Assembly (NCBI GenBank): GCA_031285625.1
Contig: JAITVV010000095.1
Location: 32,001 to 96,000, forward strand
DNA length: 64,000 nucleotides
Source of the DNA: Prevotella sp.
GTDB taxonomy: Bacteria; Bacteroidota; Bacteroidia; Bacteroidales; Dysgonomonadaceae
Reading direction: 5' to 3'
Positions 62,697-64,000 of the stretch are shown piece by piece. Below the pieces are notes generated by a model. That model searched no databases. It worked only from the letters and a program-made list of their open reading frames with translations, and was not told where the DNA came from. A program made the translations under genes and the position numbers. Each line of letters starts with the position of its first letter. Within the stretch, counting starts at the first letter, position 1.

Positions 62697-62747
62697 AAAA
62701 AGTAACAAAGGTAACAGCTTTGTTATTGTTTCTATCTGTTACTTTTT
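62697..62747 (+). repeat. GTAAC-family repeat, copy E
   Basis: 46/51 identical to copy D by manual alignment. Confidence 0.85.
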
Positions 62748-62797
62748 CTCTCAGAATAAAGCTTATTTTCTATTAGACAATCTATCTTTAATTACTT

Positions 62798-62873
62798 TGT
62801 CATCCTGAGGAACGAAGGATCTCTTTTCTTCTTTACATACGCTACGCTCCTGTGACCGTTCGTCAGCATGACA
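62798..62873. repeat. TGTC/CGTC-type palindromic repeat, copy 2
   Basis: TGTCATCCTGAGGAACGAAGGATCTC...TCAGCATGACA. Confidence 0.75.
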
Positions 62874-62957
62874 AGGAGAATATGCTTTGCTCTAGCATAA
62901 TTTCATAGAGCGTTTCTATACCAAGCCACTAATTAACATAAGATCAGCATATTATCA

Positions 62958-63683
62958 TCAGCTACATACTCCGTCTATCGAACAGGATTGTCCTGTTATT
63001 ATTTCTCCTTTTTCGGAAGATACTCCGTTCTGTTCCCATTCAGTATAAGCCTCGTTCAATACTTTCAGATAATCTTCGGAAGCAATGGAGCCTTGTACGA
63101 TCTGCTTACCATTGAAGACATAGAAAGGAATATATTCAAGATTCAATTCGTTTTCACTATACTCTACATCTTTCTTTATATCTGCCAGATATTTATCACT
63201 ATCCAACATTGCTGATATATCTGTTTCTTTCAGCCCTATCTTTGTTCCAAGTTCTATCAGTACATTCCGGGCACTGATATCCCACCCTTTTACAAAGTAT
63301 GCATCAAACAACACCTCTTCCGCTTCGGTAGCCAAACCGGATTCATTAGCCAGTTTCACAAGGCGCAATGCATCGGAAGTATTAGCCACAATCAGTTTAT
63401 CAAAGTCATAGTTCAAACCAACCTCTTTTGCCAGTTTGGCTACCTTTGCCTGCGTAATACGAGCCTCATCCTCTGTCATATCATACTTCTTTGCAAAGTA
63501 GCTGTAAATAGACTGATTAGTGGCTTGTTCAAGCAAATCAGGATCTAATTCATAACTATGCCATACGAGCTCTACACTCTTCCGGTGAGGAAACTGCTCC
63601 AAAGCTTTTTCCAGTTTTCTTTTTCCTATATAACAATATGGGCAGGCTATATCTGACCATATTTCTATTTTCATTTTACTCAT
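62958..63683 (-). CDS. DsbA/FrnE family oxidoreductase
   Basis: WSDIACPYCYIG, C-terminal CSIDGVC. Confidence 0.92.
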   Translation of the reverse strand: MSKMKIEIWSDIACPYCYIGKRKLEKALEQFPHRKSVELVWHSYELDPDLLEQATNQSIYSYFAKKYDMTEDEARITQAKVAKLAKEVGLNYDFDKLIVANTSDALRLVKLANESGLATEAEEVLFDAYFVKGWDISARNVLIELGTKIGLKETDISAMLDSDKYLADIKKDVEYSENELNLEYIPFYVFNGKQIVQGSIASEDYLKVLNEAYTEWEQNGVSSEKGEIITGQSCSIDGVCS

Positions 63684-63703
63684 ACTTTTGTCTTATTATT
63701 CAA

Positions 63704-63760
63704 AAAAAGTAATAAAAGTGACAAGAGTAACACTTATCGAAATGTTACCTCTTTGTCACC
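63704..63760 (+). repeat. GTAAC-family repeat, copy F (extra half-sites)
   Basis: AAAAAGTAATAAAAGTGACA-N19-TGTTAC, with additional GTAACA and TGTCAC units. Confidence 0.7.
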
Positions 63761-63798
63761 TTATATATTTCATCGTCTATCGAATAGATAAACAACTT

Positions 63799-64000
63799 TT
63801 ATTTGGCTGGAATATTCTTTAATGTTTCCAATAAGAAATTCCACCATTTCTCAACAGAAGCTATTTCGATCTGTTCTTCCGGTGAATGCGCATTTCTGAT
63901 TGTTGGGCCACAGGAAATCATATCCAAATGCGGATATTTTTCGAGGAACAAGCCACACTCAAGCCCTGCATGAATCGCCATAATTTCTGCCTCTTTCCCA
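63799..64000 (-). CDS. pepD: Aminoacyl-histidine dipeptidase, C-terminal end (runs off window)
   Basis: AIHAGLECG, GPTIRNAHSPEE. Confidence 0.88.
   Translation of the reverse strand, partial: GKEAEIMAIHAGLECGLFLEKYPHLDMISCGPTIRNAHSPEEQIEIASVEKWWNFLLETLKNIPAK

Noticed and set aside
62135-62747. GTAAC repeats as a CRISPR array or integron attC sites
   Set aside because: No regular repeat-spacer period, no cas or intI gene, no GTTRRRY/RYYYAAC cores

Overview
AT-rich Bacteroidales chromosome segment, probably Dysgonomonas-like (inferred from gene content and TAnnTTTG promoters). The first ~600 bp are the end of an integrative element with a truncated tyrosine integrase. The rest is mostly housekeeping: holA, amn, rmuC, msrAB, gmd-fcl, cls, rsgA, frr, pyrH, coaD, recQ, clpPX, tig, gnd-zwf-pgl, rpsF-rpsR-rplI and two tRNA-Asn genes, plus a ROK / Gfo-Idh-MocA / HEAT-DUF1080 sugar locus and a GH78 rhamnosidase. 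The most notable signals are non-coding. (1) Two near-identical ~110-bp units bracket the GH78 gene; each looks like a complete small-RNA gene, and the predicted RNA is complementary to the start-codon region of that GH78 mRNA. (2) A six-copy, same-orientation, fixed-spacing intergenic motif (AAAAAGTRRYAAARGTRACA-N19/20-TGTTAC), two copies of which bracket an orphan ORF like a cassette. Smaller points: TGTC-type palindromic repeats, a structured gmd leader, a 23-aa tandem-repeat secreted protein, a cystatin-like ORF and two decayed genes. All calls were made by eye; no searches were run.
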